Part shown: piece by piece, positions 17,476 to 27,824 of the stretch
How positions within the stretch are numbered: the stretch's first letter is position 1
Layout: every line of letters begins with the position of its first letter
Assembly (NCBI GenBank): GCA_031370645.1
Contig: JANMQV010000152.1
Coordinates: 97,020 to 161,019, forward strand
From: Candidatus Eiseniibacteriota bacterium
GTDB taxonomy: Bacteria > Eisenbacteria > RBG-16-71-46 > SZUA-252
Reading direction: 5' to 3'
DNA: 64,000 nt
Made by a program: the position numbers and the translations under genes
Notes under the pieces: model-generated
Databases searched by the model: none
Told to the model about the DNA's origin: nothing
Seen by the model: only the letters and a program-made list of their open reading frames with translations

Positions 17476-18921
17476 ATGCCTCGAGTGAAACGGACACGTC
17501 GTGTGGTAATTATGGGCGCCGGTGGGCGCGATTTCCATAACTTCAATGTTTTCTTCAAGAACCGGGCGGAGTACGAGGTCGTGGCGTTCACCGCTTCGGC
17601 CCAAATTCCGGGGATCGACGACCGCCGCTACCCGCGTTCGCTCGCCGGCCCCCGGTACCCCAAGGGGATTCCGATCTACTCCGAGCAGGAGCTCCCGGAA
17701 CTGATCCGCGACGAGAACGTCGACCTGGTGGTCTTCGCCTACAGCGACGTCTCGCACGAATACGTGATGCACAAGGCCTCCTGGGTGATGGGCATGGGCC
17801 CCGATTTCATGCTCATGGGCCCCGGCACCACCATGCTGAAGAGCAAAGTCCCGGTCGTCGCCGTGAACGCGGTTCGGACCGGCGCCGGGAAGAGCCAGAC
17901 CACCCGGCGCGTTTGCGAGATCTTGAAGGCGATGGGGAAGAAGGTCGTCGCCATCCGCCATCCGATGCCGTACGGCAATCTCGCCCACCAGGGAGTTCAG
18001 CGCTTCGCCACCTACGCCGATCTCGACCGTCACAAGTGCACCATCGAGGAGCGAGAAGAGTACGAACCGCATCTCGACCGCGGCACGATTGTCTACGCGG
18101 GCGTCGACTACGCCGAGATTCTCGCCAAGGCGGAGAAGGAAGCCGACGTCATCGTCTGGGACGGCGGCAACAACGACTTCTCCTTCTATAAGCCCGACCT
18201 TCAAGTCGTCGTGGCCGACCCGCATCGTCCCGGCCACGAGCGCACCTACCATCCCGGCGAAACGAACATTCGCTTAGCCGACGTCGTGGTCTTGAACAAG
18301 ATCGACTCCTCCGATCCCGCGAACGTGGAGAAGGTTCGTGCCTCGGTGGCGCAGATCAATCCGAACGCCGTGATCGTTGACGCCGCGTCGCCGATTTCGG
18401 TCGATCGTCCCGAATTGATCAAGGGACATCGCGCGCTGGTCATCGAGGACGGCCCGACCCTGACGCACGGCGAAATGAAGTACGGCGCCGGCGTCATCGC
18501 CGCGAAGAAGCATGGTGCGCGCGAAATCGTCGATCCGCGCCCCTGGCTTGTCGGTTCGCTTCGGGACACGTTCAATCAGTACCCCAACATCGGCGCCTTG
18601 CTCCCGGCCATGGGGTACTCGAACGAACAGATTCGCGACATGGAGCGGACGGTGAACGCGACCGAATGCGACGTCGTCATCGTCGCGACGCCGATCGATC
18701 TCCGCCGCCTGATCAAGATCAAGCATCCGGCGGTCCGCGTCGGGTACGAATTGCAGGAAATAGGCACGCCCACGCTCCACGACGCCATCGCCGACGCGCT
18801 CGCGCGTCTCGGGAAGGGCCATGCACCCGCGCGGAAGGGCGCCCCGGCCACGAAGGCCGCGAAGGCCGCGAAGAAGGCTCCTGCCCGGAAGACTGCGAAG
18901 GCCACTCGGAGACGGAAATGA
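17476..18921 (+). CDS. COG2403-type P-loop NTPase (cyclic 2,3-diphosphoglycerate synthetase-like 'predicted GTPase') with a basic K/A-rich tail
   Basis: VVIMGAGGRDFHNFNVFF N-domain, P-loop VRTGAGKSQTT, NKxD-like VVLNKID. ATG 17476 is preceded by GAAGGAGG. The last ~36 aa are [36 protein letters not shown]. Confidence 0.65.
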   Translation: MPRVKRTRRVVIMGAGGRDFHNFNVFFKNRAEYEVVAFTASAQIPGIDDRRYPRSLAGPRYPKGIPIYSEQELPELIRDENVDLVVFAYSDVSHEYVMHKASWVMGMGPDFMLMGPGTTMLKSKVPVVAVNAVRTGAGKSQTTRRVCEILKAMGKKVVAIRHPMPYGNLAHQGVQRFATYADLDRHKCTIEEREEYEPHLDRGTIVYAGVDYAEILAKAEKEADVIVWDGGNNDFSFYKPDLQVVVADPHRPGHERTYHPGETNIRLADVVVLNKIDSSDPANVEKVRASVAQINPNAVIVDAASPISVDRPELIKGHRALVIEDGPTLTHGEMKYGAGVIAAKKHGAREIVDPRPWLVGSLRDTFNQYPNIGALLPAMGYSNEQIRDMERTVNATECDVVIVATPIDLRRLIKIKHPAVRVGYELQEIGTPTLHDAIADALARLGKGHAPARKGAPATKAAKAAKKAPARKTAKATRRRK

Positions 18922-20054
18922 ACCTCCACGAATACCAGGGCAAGGACGTCTTCCGCGCGGGCGGCATTCCCGTTCCGCCGGGCGAGGTCGCGCGCACCGT
19001 CGAGGAGGCCGAGACGTTCGCAGCCCGACTCGGATTCCCGGTCGTGATCAAGGCACAGGTCTTGATCGGCGGCCGCGGCAAGGCGGGCGGCGTGAAGGTC
19101 GTGAAGAACGGCCAGGATTTCACGCGCGAAGCGGGGCGCATCCTCGGCATGGACATCAAGGGACACGCGGTGCGGAAAATTCTCATCACGCCCGCGACCG
19201 CAATCGACAAGGAGTTCTACGCGGGGATCGTCCTCGACCGGAAGTACGAGACGCCGCTCCTCATGGTGAGCCCCGCCGGCGGCGTGGACATCGAGGACGT
19301 GGCGCGCCAGACGCCGGAGAAGATCCTTCGCCTCCACTTGGACGAGCGCGGGCTCCCGGCGTATCGGGCGCGGGCCGCGGCGCGGTTCCTCGATCCGCGC
19401 CCCAAGGTGCAGAAGCAACTCGCGAGCGTGATCTCCAAACTCGCGAAGGTCTACTACAGCCGGGACTGCTCGCTCGCGGAGATCAACCCGCTCGTCGTGA
19501 CGCCGTCGGAGGAGGTCTGGGCTCTCGACGCGAAGGTCGTCATCGACGACAACGCGCTCGACCGTCACGCCGATCTCGCCGACATGCGCGATTTGGGCGC
19601 CGAGGATCCGGGCGAAGTCGAATCGCGCGAGAAGGGGCTCTCCTACGTGCGGCTCGAGGGCTCGATCGGCTGCGTGGTGAACGGCGCCGGGCTCGCCATG
19701 GCGACGATGGATCTCATCCAGTTCCACGGCGGGAAGCCGGCTAACTTCCTCGACATCGGCGGCTCGTCGAATCCCGACAAGGTGACGGCGGCCATGAACA
19801 TTCTCACGAGAGACCAGCGCGTTCGCGCGGTGCTCTTCAACATTTTCGGCGGCATTACGCGCTGCGACGACGTGGCGCGCGGACTCCTCGCCGCGCTCGA
19901 CCGGATCGGCACCAAGCTTCCGATCGTGATCCGGCTCACCGGCACGAACGAGAAGGAAGCGCGCGCGTTGCTGAGCGCGCGCGGCATGACGGCGTTGAGC
20001 GACATGGACGAGGCGGTTCGCTCGGTGATTGCGCGCGCGGCGGAGGCGGCGTGA
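18918..20054 (+). CDS. sucC: succinyl-CoA synthetase beta subunit
   Basis: [23 protein letters not shown]-grasp start, [18 protein letters not shown] 18918 forms an ATGA overlap with the upstream gene. Confidence 0.94.
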   Translation: MNLHEYQGKDVFRAGGIPVPPGEVARTVEEAETFAARLGFPVVIKAQVLIGGRGKAGGVKVVKNGQDFTREAGRILGMDIKGHAVRKILITPATAIDKEFYAGIVLDRKYETPLLMVSPAGGVDIEDVARQTPEKILRLHLDERGLPAYRARAAARFLDPRPKVQKQLASVISKLAKVYYSRDCSLAEINPLVVTPSEEVWALDAKVVIDDNALDRHADLADMRDLGAEDPGEVESREKGLSYVRLEGSIGCVVNGAGLAMATMDLIQFHGGKPANFLDIGGSSNPDKVTAAMNILTRDQRVRAVLFNIFGGITRCDDVARGLLAALDRIGTKLPIVIRLTGTNEKEARALLSARGMTALSDMDEAVRSVIARAAEAA

Positions 20055-21157
20055 GCATTTTCGTCGGACGCGATTCGCGCGTACTCGTGCAGGGAATCAC
20101 CGGCCGCGACGGCTCGTTCCACGCGCGCGGCATGAAGGAATACGGCACCAAGGTCGTCGCGGGCGTCACCCCCGGCAAGGGCGGGACGAACCTCGACGGC
20201 ATCCCGGTCTTCGACTCGGTGGACGAAGCGGTAGCTCGGACGAAGGCGAACGTCGCGGTGATCTACGTTCCGGCGCCGTTGGCGCAGGACGCGATCTACG
20301 AAGCGGTCGACGCCGAGATCCCGCTCGTCGTCTGCATCACCGAGGGAGTCCCGATTCGCGACATGATCGAAGTCGCGAGCTATCTCCGCGGCAAGTCGAC
20401 GCGCTTGATCGGCCCGAATTGCCCCGGCCTCATCACGCCGGGTCAGTGCAAGGTCGGCATCATGCCGGGCTTCATCCATGTGCCCGGCAGGATCGGGCTC
20501 GTGAGCCGAAGCGGAACGCTGACCTACGAAGTCGTCTGGCAGCTGACGCGCGCCAAGATGGGGCAGTCGACCTGTATCGGCATCGGCGGCGACCCGATCG
20601 TCGGCACGCGCTTCGTCGATACGCTCGCGCAGTTCGAGGCCGACGACGACACCGACGCGATCGTCTTGATCGGCGAAATCGGCGGAACCGACGAGGAAGA
20701 CGCGGCGGCCCTGATCGAGAAGCACATCTCGAAGCCGGTCGTTGCCTTCATCGCGGGCCAGACCGCACCCGCCGGGAAGCGGATGGGACACGCCGGCGCC
20801 ATCGTTTCGGGCGGGGCGGGAACGGCGGCGGAGAAGATGGCGCGCTTCGAGCGCGCGGGAGTGCCGGTGGCGAGGGTGCCGTCTGAGATCCCGGGGCTCG
20901 TCGCCGCGGCGCTCGCCAAGCGGGCGAAGAAGGCGGGGCTGAAGGTTGTCATGGGTGGGGTTGTGATGGGCGGAAAGGGCGTGAAGAAGAGCGCTCCCAA
21001 GTCCGCCGCGAGGCCGGTGAAGAAGCCGGCGAAGAAGCCGGCCAAGAAATCGGCTCCGAAAGCCGCGAAGCGCTCGGCGAAGCCGGCCGCGCGTAAATCC
21101 TCGCCGAAGAAGTCGGCATCCAAGAAGAAGGCCGTCGCGAAGAAGGGCCGGCACTAG
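20051..21157 (+). CDS. sucD: succinyl-CoA synthetase alpha subunit with a ~77-aa K/A/P-rich C-terminal extension
   Basis: [14 protein letters not shown], phosphohistidine loop RMGHAGAIV. The normal fold ends near ...LVAAALAKR, then the frame continues for 77 aa (AKKAGLK...[20 protein letters not shown]...[11 protein letters not shown]). Confidence 0.93.
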   Translation: MSIFVGRDSRVLVQGITGRDGSFHARGMKEYGTKVVAGVTPGKGGTNLDGIPVFDSVDEAVARTKANVAVIYVPAPLAQDAIYEAVDAEIPLVVCITEGVPIRDMIEVASYLRGKSTRLIGPNCPGLITPGQCKVGIMPGFIHVPGRIGLVSRSGTLTYEVVWQLTRAKMGQSTCIGIGGDPIVGTRFVDTLAQFEADDDTDAIVLIGEIGGTDEEDAAALIEKHISKPVVAFIAGQTAPAGKRMGHAGAIVSGGAGTAAEKMARFERAGVPVARVPSEIPGLVAAALAKRAKKAGLKVVMGGVVMGGKGVKKSAPKSAARPVKKPAKKPAKKSAPKAAKRSAKPAARKSSPKKSASKKKAVAKKGRH

Positions 21158-21180
21158 CCCACGGCGATCGTGAAATCATC

Positions 21181-21219
21181 GCCGCGGCCGGCCCGTCGCG
21201 CCGGCCGCGGCGTTTCCTA
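21181..21219 (+). terminator. rho-independent terminator after sucD
   Basis: Perfect 12-bp GC stem gccgcggccggc / gccggccgcggc with a 7-nt loop, followed by GTTTCCTAT. Confidence 0.6.
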
Positions 21220-21252
21220 TCCCAACCAGGCGACGCCAACCGGAGGAATCCC

Positions 21253-21675
21253 GTGTCGATGCAAGAGACGCTGTTCATGATCAAGCCCGACGCCGTCAAG
21301 GGACGGAAGATCGGCCTCATCCTCGCCAAGATCGAAGAGGCGGGATTCGAGATCGTCGAGATGCGCCAGGTTCGCCTGACGGCCGACCAGGCTCGCCGCT
21401 TCTATGCCGTGCACGAAGGAAAGCCGTTCCTGAACGAACTGGTCGCCTTCATGTCATCGGGTCCCGCCGTGCCGTGCCGCCTCCGCCGCGAGAACGCGGT
21501 GCTCGGCCTCCGCGAACTGATCGGCGCTACCGACCCGAAGGAAGCGAAGCCGGGCACGATCCGCGCGCTCTACGCCGAGAGCAAGGGGCTGAACGCGGTC
21601 CATGCCTCGGATTCACCGGAAAACGCTGCGATCGAAATCGAGTTCATGTTCGGGGCCGTAGGAGCCACTCGTTAG
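21253..21675 (+). CDS. ndk: nucleoside diphosphate kinase
   Basis: ETLFMIKPDAV, active-site NAVHASDS. Confidence 0.94.
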   Translation: MSMQETLFMIKPDAVKGRKIGLILAKIEEAGFEIVEMRQVRLTADQARRFYAVHEGKPFLNELVAFMSSGPAVPCRLRRENAVLGLRELIGATDPKEAKPGTIRALYAESKGLNAVHASDSPENAAIEIEFMFGAVGATR

Positions 21676-21702
21676 GCCCGGACTGACGCCGAGGAAGCCA
21701 TT

Positions 21703-22188
21703 GTGAATATCGACCTAAGAGAACTCCCCGACGGCCTTTCCACCCTCGAACTCGAGCTTCCGGGCGAGGCGTTCGGGCTGGCCAAGACGGAAGTCGAGCT
21801 GGAGGGGCCGCTTCAGGTCCAACTGATCCTCGACAGGCGGGAGGACGAGATCTGGGTCCGGGGCAAAGCTCAGGGCGCGGCGCGGCAGGAGTGCTCCCGA
21901 TGCCTGGTGGAATACGCCCAGAATCTCGAATTGGAGTTCGATGTCTTCTGTGCTAAGGTATCTAATCCCAACGTGGTGAGCCACAAGGCCGTAGACGAAG
22001 AGGATGGGGGCATTCACACCCACGACGGCCGGGTTCTCTCCATTGACGGCGAGATCCGGGAGGCCGTGATTTTGGCGCTTCCGATGAAACCGCTCTGCCG
22101 GGAAGCCTGCGCGGGACTCTGTCCACGCTGCGGCGAAGATCTGAACCAGGGCCCTTGCCGCTGCGCACGCGCCGCGGCCGGGGGATGA
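21703..22188 (+). CDS. yceD: YceD/DUF177 family protein (precedes rpmF)
   Basis: Cys clusters CSRCL... and CREACAGLCPRCGEDLNQGPCRC. Conserved position upstream of L32. GTG start. Confidence 0.8.
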   Translation: MNIDLRELPDGLSTLELELPGEAFGLAKTEVELEGPLQVQLILDRREDEIWVRGKAQGAARQECSRCLVEYAQNLELEFDVFCAKVSNPNVVSHKAVDEEDGGIHTHDGRVLSIDGEIREAVILALPMKPLCREACAGLCPRCGEDLNQGPCRCARAAAGG

Positions 22189-22244
22189 GACGCGCCCGGA
22201 CCGGCCCGGGACCAAGCGCGCCCCGCAACCAGAGGATGTAGCGA

Positions 22245-22436
22245 ATGGCAGTTCCCAAGCGACGCCACTCCAGCACCCGAGGCAAGAACCGCCGCACGAA
22301 CTGGAAGTTGCGGAAGCCCTCGAGGTCGCTCTGCTCGCACTGCAGCCAGCCCAAGCTTCCGCATCGGGTCTGCGCGCACTGCGGTTATTACGCCGGCGAA
22401 GAGGTGATCGTTCAGGAGTCCGCCCGCACCGCGTAG
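22245..22436 (+). CDS. rpmF: 50S ribosomal protein L32
   Basis: MAVPKRRHSSTRGKNRR... with CSHC...CAHCG zinc ribbon. Confidence 0.95.
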   Translation: MAVPKRRHSSTRGKNRRTNWKLRKPSRSLCSHCSQPKLPHRVCAHCGYYAGEEVIVQESARTA

Positions 22437-22449
22437 CCTCCCAACGACG

Positions 22450-23481
22450 ATGGACCAGGGACGGAAGCGACCGGTCATCGGGGTGGACGCCATGGGCGGC
22501 GACCTCGCACCCCGCGTGAACATCCAAGGGGCGCTCGAGGCGATTGCCGAATCCGCGTCCGCGTTCGACGTGGTCTTGGTGGGCGACGAAACGGCCATCC
22601 GCGAAGAAGCGAAGCGGCTCGGCGTCACCGATCGGCTTCCGCGCGTCATTCACGCGGCGGAGCAGGTCGAGATGTCCGAACACGCGGCGCAAGCCGTCCG
22701 GAAGAAGCGCGACTCCTCCATCGTCGTCTGCGCGCGTCTTCACAAAGCGGGCGAGGTCGACGCGATCGTCTCGGCCGGCAACACCGGTGCCGTCGTCGCG
22801 TCGGGTCTCTTCGAACTCGGACGCATCGAACAGATTCAGCGGCCCGCCATCGCCACCGTGCTTCCGACGCCTCAAGGAAACGTGGTGATCCTGGACGTCG
22901 GCGCCACCTCCGACTGCAAACCCGCCCACCTCGCCCAATTCGCCATCATGGGGAGCATCTACGCGCGGCTCGTTCTGAAGATCGAGAAGCCGCGGGTCGG
23001 GCTCCTGAACATCGGTGAAGAGGCAGAAAAAGGGAGCGAGCTCTACTACGAGGCGCATCAGCTCCTCAAGCGGAGCCCGGTCCACTTCGTCGGAAACATC
23101 GAAGGGCGTGAAGTCATTCTCGGCACCGCCGACGTCGTCGTCTGCGACGGCTTCGTCGGCAACGTGTTGCTCAAATTCGCGGAGAGCGTCATTCCGAGCA
23201 TTTCGACGATGATCAAGGACGAGATCGCGGCCCATCCGCTGAGCGCCATGGCCGGGCTTCTTCTAAAGCCGGCGTTCCGGCGCTTGAAGCGGAAGCTCGA
23301 CTATGCAGAGGTCGGCGGCGCTCCTCTTCTCGGCGTGGCCGGCACCTGCATCATCGCGCACGGCCGTTCCAACGTCCGCGCCATCAAGAACGCCATCAAA
23401 GTGGCGGCGCGCTGCGCCGAGGCGCGCGTGGCCGACTCCATTCGCGATCAGTTGCGAGGACTGGAGCCGCAAGCCGCATGA
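22450..23481 (+). CDS. plsX: phosphate acyltransferase PlsX
   Basis: IGVDAMGGDLAP start motif, VSAGNTGA. Position between rpmF and fabH. Confidence 0.93.
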   Translation: MDQGRKRPVIGVDAMGGDLAPRVNIQGALEAIAESASAFDVVLVGDETAIREEAKRLGVTDRLPRVIHAAEQVEMSEHAAQAVRKKRDSSIVVCARLHKAGEVDAIVSAGNTGAVVASGLFELGRIEQIQRPAIATVLPTPQGNVVILDVGATSDCKPAHLAQFAIMGSIYARLVLKIEKPRVGLLNIGEEAEKGSELYYEAHQLLKRSPVHFVGNIEGREVILGTADVVVCDGFVGNVLLKFAESVIPSISTMIKDEIAAHPLSAMAGLLLKPAFRRLKRKLDYAEVGGAPLLGVAGTCIIAHGRSNVRAIKNAIKVAARCAEARVADSIRDQLRGLEPQAA

Positions 23482-24470
23482 TCGCACCCGCCCGCGACGT
23501 CCACATCATCGGCACCGGCTCCTACACACCGTCGCACGTGCTCACAAACAAGGATCTCGAGGCGATCGTCGATACGTCGGACGAGTGGATCGTCTCCCGC
23601 ACCGGCATCCGCGAACGCCGCATTTCCGATCCGAAGACGCCTTCCTCGTTCCTTGCGTCCGAGGCGGCGAAGCGCGCCCTCGCCGACGCCGGCGTTGCTC
23701 CCATGGAGCTCGATCAGATCATTGTTGGAACCGTGACGGGCGATCGCATTTTCCCCTCGACGGCTTGCCGCGTGCAGGACGACCTCGGAGCGAAGAACGC
23801 GCACGCCTTCGACGTCTCCGCCGCGTGCGCTGGATTTCTCTACGGACTCTCGGTCGGGCGCGACTCCATTCGCTCGGGCTCGGCGAACACGGTGCTCGTG
23901 GTGGGTGTGGAGACGTTGAGCAAGATCGTCAACTGGACGGACCGAAACACCTGTGTGCTCTTCGGCGACGCCGCGGGCGCGGTGGTGCTTCGCTCCACGG
24001 GACAATCGGGCGGCATTCTCGCGACACGGGTCCATAGCGACGGCTCGCTCGTCCATCTTCTCGAGATGCCGGCGGGCGGATCGCTGATGCCGCCGTCGCA
24101 TCAAACGGTCGAGGCGCGGCTCCACACGATCCACATGAGCGGGAACGACGTCTTCAAGCACGCGGTGCGCGCCATGCAGTCGGTCGCGATCGAGACGCTG
24201 GAAGCGGCTGGACGCACGGCGGAGGATCTGACGCTCCTCGTGCCGCATCAGGCGAATCTTCGAATCGTCGAGGCCACCGCCCACCGGCTCGGCGTGCCGA
24301 TGGAAAAGGTCTTCGTGAATCTCGAGAAGTACGGCAACACCTCGTCGGCCTCGATTCCCTTGGCACTCGATGAAGCGCGTCGCTCGGGGCGAATCAAGGC
24401 GGGCGACCTGGTGGCGATGGTCACGTTCGGAGGCGGCTTCACGTGGGCCTCGGCGGTGGTGGAATGGTGA
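23478..24470 (+). CDS. fabH: 3-oxoacyl-ACP synthase III
   Basis: TSDEWIVSRTGIRERR, active-site SAACAGF, VPHQAN, GNTSSASIPLAL. Confidence 0.94.
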   Translation: MIAPARDVHIIGTGSYTPSHVLTNKDLEAIVDTSDEWIVSRTGIRERRISDPKTPSSFLASEAAKRALADAGVAPMELDQIIVGTVTGDRIFPSTACRVQDDLGAKNAHAFDVSAACAGFLYGLSVGRDSIRSGSANTVLVVGVETLSKIVNWTDRNTCVLFGDAAGAVVLRSTGQSGGILATRVHSDGSLVHLLEMPAGGSLMPPSHQTVEARLHTIHMSGNDVFKHAVRAMQSVAIETLEAAGRTAEDLTLLVPHQANLRIVEATAHRLGVPMEKVFVNLEKYGNTSSASIPLALDEARRSGRIKAGDLVAMVTFGGGFTWASAVVEW

Positions 24471-25414
24471 GCGCCGCGGCCGCGTTTCTATTCCCGGGGC
24501 AGGGTTCGCAGGCGGTCGGCATGGGGAAGGCGCTCGCCGAGCGCTATCCCGAAGCGCGCGCCGTCTTCGCGGAGGCCGATCAGGTACTGGGATTCGCGCT
24601 CTCGACGCTCTGCTTCGAAGGGCCGGTCGAGGAATTGACGCAGACGCAGAACACGCAGCCGGCGCTCCTCGTCACGAGTGTCGCGGCCTACCGCGTCCTC
24701 GAAGCGCGCGGGGTGCGGCCTTCGTGCGCGGCGGGGCATAGCGCGGGCGAATACGCGGCGCACGTCGCGGCGGGCTCGCTCACGTTCGCCGACGGATTAC
24801 GACTGATTCGCCGGCGCGGGGAGGCGATGGCGGGCGCGGGTTCCACTCGCCCGGGCTCGATGATGGCGATTCTCGGACTGACGGGGGAGCAGATCGACGA
24901 GGTGCTTCGCGCGGTGAATCTCCCGCGGGATCTCGCGGCCGCGAACTACAACTCGCCGGGGCAGGTCGTCCTGTCGGGGACGCCGGAGGCGCTGTTGCGA
25001 GCCGGTGAGGAGGCGAAGAAACTCGGCGCGAAGAAAGTGATCCCGCTCCAGGTGAGCGCGGCGTTTCACTCGCCGCTCATGGAGACCGCGGTCGCGTCGC
25101 TCAACGAAGCGCTCGACGCCGTGCCGATCGCGAAGGCCGCCTTCCCGGTCTACGCGAACGTCTCGGCTGAGCCGGTCAGCGATCCGGAGGCGATCCGCTC
25201 CACGCTTCGCGCGCAGTTGCTCGGGGCGGTTCGCTGGGAGCAGACGCTTCGCGCCATGATCGCGACGGGCGTCCGTTCGTTCGTCGAAGTCGGGCACGGG
25301 AAGATCCTTCGCGGGCTCGTGCGCGGCGTGGACAAGGAAGCGACCCTTTTTGGATCGGACGAGCCGGAGACGCTCGAAGCGGCCGCCCAGGCGCTGGCGG
25401 GAGCCCACGCGTGA
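24464..25414 (+). CDS. fabD: malonyl-CoA:ACP transacylase
   Basis: FLFPGQGSQ, GHSAGEY nucleophile elbow. ATG 24464 is preferred over 24443. Confidence 0.93.
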   Translation: MVSAAAAFLFPGQGSQAVGMGKALAERYPEARAVFAEADQVLGFALSTLCFEGPVEELTQTQNTQPALLVTSVAAYRVLEARGVRPSCAAGHSAGEYAAHVAAGSLTFADGLRLIRRRGEAMAGAGSTRPGSMMAILGLTGEQIDEVLRAVNLPRDLAAANYNSPGQVVLSGTPEALLRAGEEAKKLGAKKVIPLQVSAAFHSPLMETAVASLNEALDAVPIAKAAFPVYANVSAEPVSDPEAIRSTLRAQLLGAVRWEQTLRAMIATGVRSFVEVGHGKILRGLVRGVDKEATLFGSDEPETLEAAAQALAGAHA

Positions 25415-26157
25415 CCAAGGCGATGGAAGGACGCGTCGCCGTCGTCACCGGAGGGGGGAAGGGGATCGGACTCGCCATCGCGCGGACCTTCCGCGACGCG
25501 GGGGCCGCGGTGGTTGTGACGGGACGGGATCAAGTCGCGCTCGACGCCTTCGTCGCGGAGACGACGGCGGCCGGCGGACGCGCGATCTCGGTCGTGGCCG
25601 ACATGGCGAAGGCGGGAGAAGCCGACCGCGTCTGCGCCGCCACGCTCGAGGCGTACGGAAAAGCGGATTGCCTGGTGAACAACGCGGGCATCACGCGCGA
25701 CGGACTCCTGGTCCGCATGTCGGACGAGGACTGGGACGCGGTGCTCGACACGAATCTGAAGGGGGCCTTTCGCGCCATTCGCGCCTTCACGCGCCCGATG
25801 ATGAAAGCGCGCTGGGGACGGATCGTGAACATCACGTCGGTCATCGGATTGATCGGAAACGCGGGGCAGGCGAACTATGCCGCCTCCAAAGCGGGTTTGA
25901 TCGGTCTGACGAAGGCGGTTGCGAAGGAATTGGCCTCTCGTCATATTACGGTGAACGCCGTGGCGCCGGGGTTCATCGAAACGGCGATGACCGAAGCGCT
26001 CGGAGAAAACGTGCGGGCAGGGCTTCAAGCCCAGATCCCGCTCGGCCGGCTTGGATCGGCCGTAGACGTGGCGCACGCGGTGGCCTTCCTCTGCTCGGAG
26101 GACGCCGGGTACGTCACGGGACAAGTGCTGCCGGTCGACGGCGGCATGGTGATGTAG
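25411..26157 (+). CDS. fabG: 3-oxoacyl-ACP reductase
   Basis: SDR motifs VTGGGKGIG, NNAG, YAASKAG. GTGA overlap with fabD. Confidence 0.93.
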   Translation: MTKAMEGRVAVVTGGGKGIGLAIARTFRDAGAAVVVTGRDQVALDAFVAETTAAGGRAISVVADMAKAGEADRVCAATLEAYGKADCLVNNAGITRDGLLVRMSDEDWDAVLDTNLKGAFRAIRAFTRPMMKARWGRIVNITSVIGLIGNAGQANYAASKAGLIGLTKAVAKELASRHITVNAVAPGFIETAMTEALGENVRAGLQAQIPLGRLGSAVDVAHAVAFLCSEDAGYVTGQVLPVDGGMVM

Positions 26158-26207
26158 GCGCGTTCTCGCAACGGCGGGAATGCAACGAACGGGAGGTGTA
26201 GAAGCGT

Positions 26208-26456
26208 ATGGCGACTTTTAGTGAGGATCGGGTCAAGCAGATCATCGTGGATCAGTTGGGCGTAGCGCCGGAGCAGGTCACGCCGGAAGCGTCGTTCATC
26301 GACGACTTGGGCGCCGACTCTCTGGACACGGTGGAGTTGGTCATGGCCCTCGAGGAGGCGTTCGACCTGGAAATTCCGGACGAGGACGCCGAGAAGATGA
26401 CGACGGTCGCGGATGCCATCAAGTACCTCGAGTCCCACGTCCCGAAGAACGCCTAG
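26208..26456 (+). CDS. acpP: acyl carrier protein
   Basis: [18 protein letters not shown] phosphopantetheine site. Confidence 0.96.
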   Translation: MATFSEDRVKQIIVDQLGVAPEQVTPEASFIDDLGADSLDTVELVMALEEAFDLEIPDEDAEKMTTVADAIKYLESHVPKNA

Positions 26457-26534
26457 GGAACGCGCGAACGCGCGCGCGGTGCGCCCCGGAGCCGTTCGTC
26501 CGGGAGTCGCGCCGTCACGGAGCGAATTCACGTC

Positions 26535-27791
26535 ATGATGAAGTCTGAAACGTCGCGCCGCGTCGTCGTCACCGGGCTGGGGGTCGTCTCGCCCCTCGGT
26601 TCGGAGGTCGAGACGTTCTGGCGGCGGCTCGTCGCGGGCGAGTCGGGGATCGGCCAAGTCACTCGGTTCGATACCACCGGCTACGACACCACGATCGCGG
26701 GCGAAGCGCAGGGCTTCAAGGCCGAGGACTATCTCGACCGGAAGGAAGTCCGGCGGGCCGATCTTTTCGTCCAGTTCGCGATCGGAGCGGCGGTGCAGGC
26801 CGTGAAACAGGCCGGCGTTTCGCCGGAAACCGTCGATGCCACGCGCTACGGCGTGATCGTCGGTTCCGGAATCGGCGGCATCGCCACGCTCGAGGATCAG
26901 CACCGCGTGCTCCTCGAGAAGGGACCGGGACGGGTCAGCCCGTTCTTCATCCCGATGATGATTTCCGATATGGCCGCGGGTCAAATTTCGATCCAGCTCG
27001 GCGCCAAGGGACCGAACTACTGCACGGTCTCGGCATGCGCGTCGGGGGCCCACGCGATCGGACAGGCGATGCGCCACATTCAGCGCGGTGAAGCGGACGT
27101 GATGATCACGGGAGGCGCGGAAGCGCCGGTGACGCCCGTCGCGTTCGCGGGATTCTGCTCCATGAAGGCCATGTCCACCAGGAACGACGAGCCGGTTCGG
27201 GCGTCGCGTCCCTTCGATGCCCAGCGCGACGGATTCGTGATGGGCGAAGGGTCGGGAATCCTCGTCATCGAGGAACTCGAGCACGCGAAGCGCCGGGGCG
27301 TTCCGATTCTGGCGGAACTGGTCGGTTACGGCGCCACGGGAGATGCCCATCACATGACCGCGCCCGCCCCCGAGGGTGAGGGTGCGGCGCGGGCCATGAG
27401 GGCGGCAATCGCCGATTCGGATTTGCCCATCGAATCGTTCGGTTACCTGAACGCCCACGGCACCTCCACGCCTCTCAACGATAAGTTCGAAACACAAGCC
27501 ATCAAGTCGGTGCTCGGGGAACACGCACGAAAGGTCGCCATCAGCTCGACGAAGTCGATGACGGGGCACCTTCTCGGAGCCGCCGGAGGGCTCGAGACCG
27601 TGATTTGCGTTCTCGCCCTGGAGCGAAAGACGCTTCCCCCGACGATCAATTACGAACACCCCGATCCCGACTGTGATCTCGACTACGTCCCCAACACTGC
27701 GCGAACGGTCGAAGTGCAGGCAGCCCTTTCCAATTCACTGGGCTTTGGCGGGCATAACGTCACCCTGGCGTTGTCGCGATACGTGGCATAA
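26535..27791 (+). CDS. fabF: 3-oxoacyl-ACP synthase II
   Basis: [35 protein letters not shown]. Confidence 0.94.
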   Translation: MMKSETSRRVVVTGLGVVSPLGSEVETFWRRLVAGESGIGQVTRFDTTGYDTTIAGEAQGFKAEDYLDRKEVRRADLFVQFAIGAAVQAVKQAGVSPETVDATRYGVIVGSGIGGIATLEDQHRVLLEKGPGRVSPFFIPMMISDMAAGQISIQLGAKGPNYCTVSACASGAHAIGQAMRHIQRGEADVMITGGAEAPVTPVAFAGFCSMKAMSTRNDEPVRASRPFDAQRDGFVMGEGSGILVIEELEHAKRRGVPILAELVGYGATGDAHHMTAPAPEGEGAARAMRAAIADSDLPIESFGYLNAHGTSTPLNDKFETQAIKSVLGEHARKVAISSTKSMTGHLLGAAGGLETVICVLALERKTLPPTINYEHPDPDCDLDYVPNTARTVEVQAALSNSLGFGGHNVTLALSRYVA

Positions 27792-27824
27792 GGGGATTCC
27801 GCCGATGAGTGGAGTCCGAAACTC

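Noticed and set aside
20980-21130. Repetitive AAGAAGCCGGC / AAGAAATCGGC units that look like a tandem repeat array.
   Set aside because: They are in frame and encode the K-K-P-A low-complexity tail of SucD. The units are irregular and there is no spacer structure, so this is not a CRISPR or minisatellite feature.
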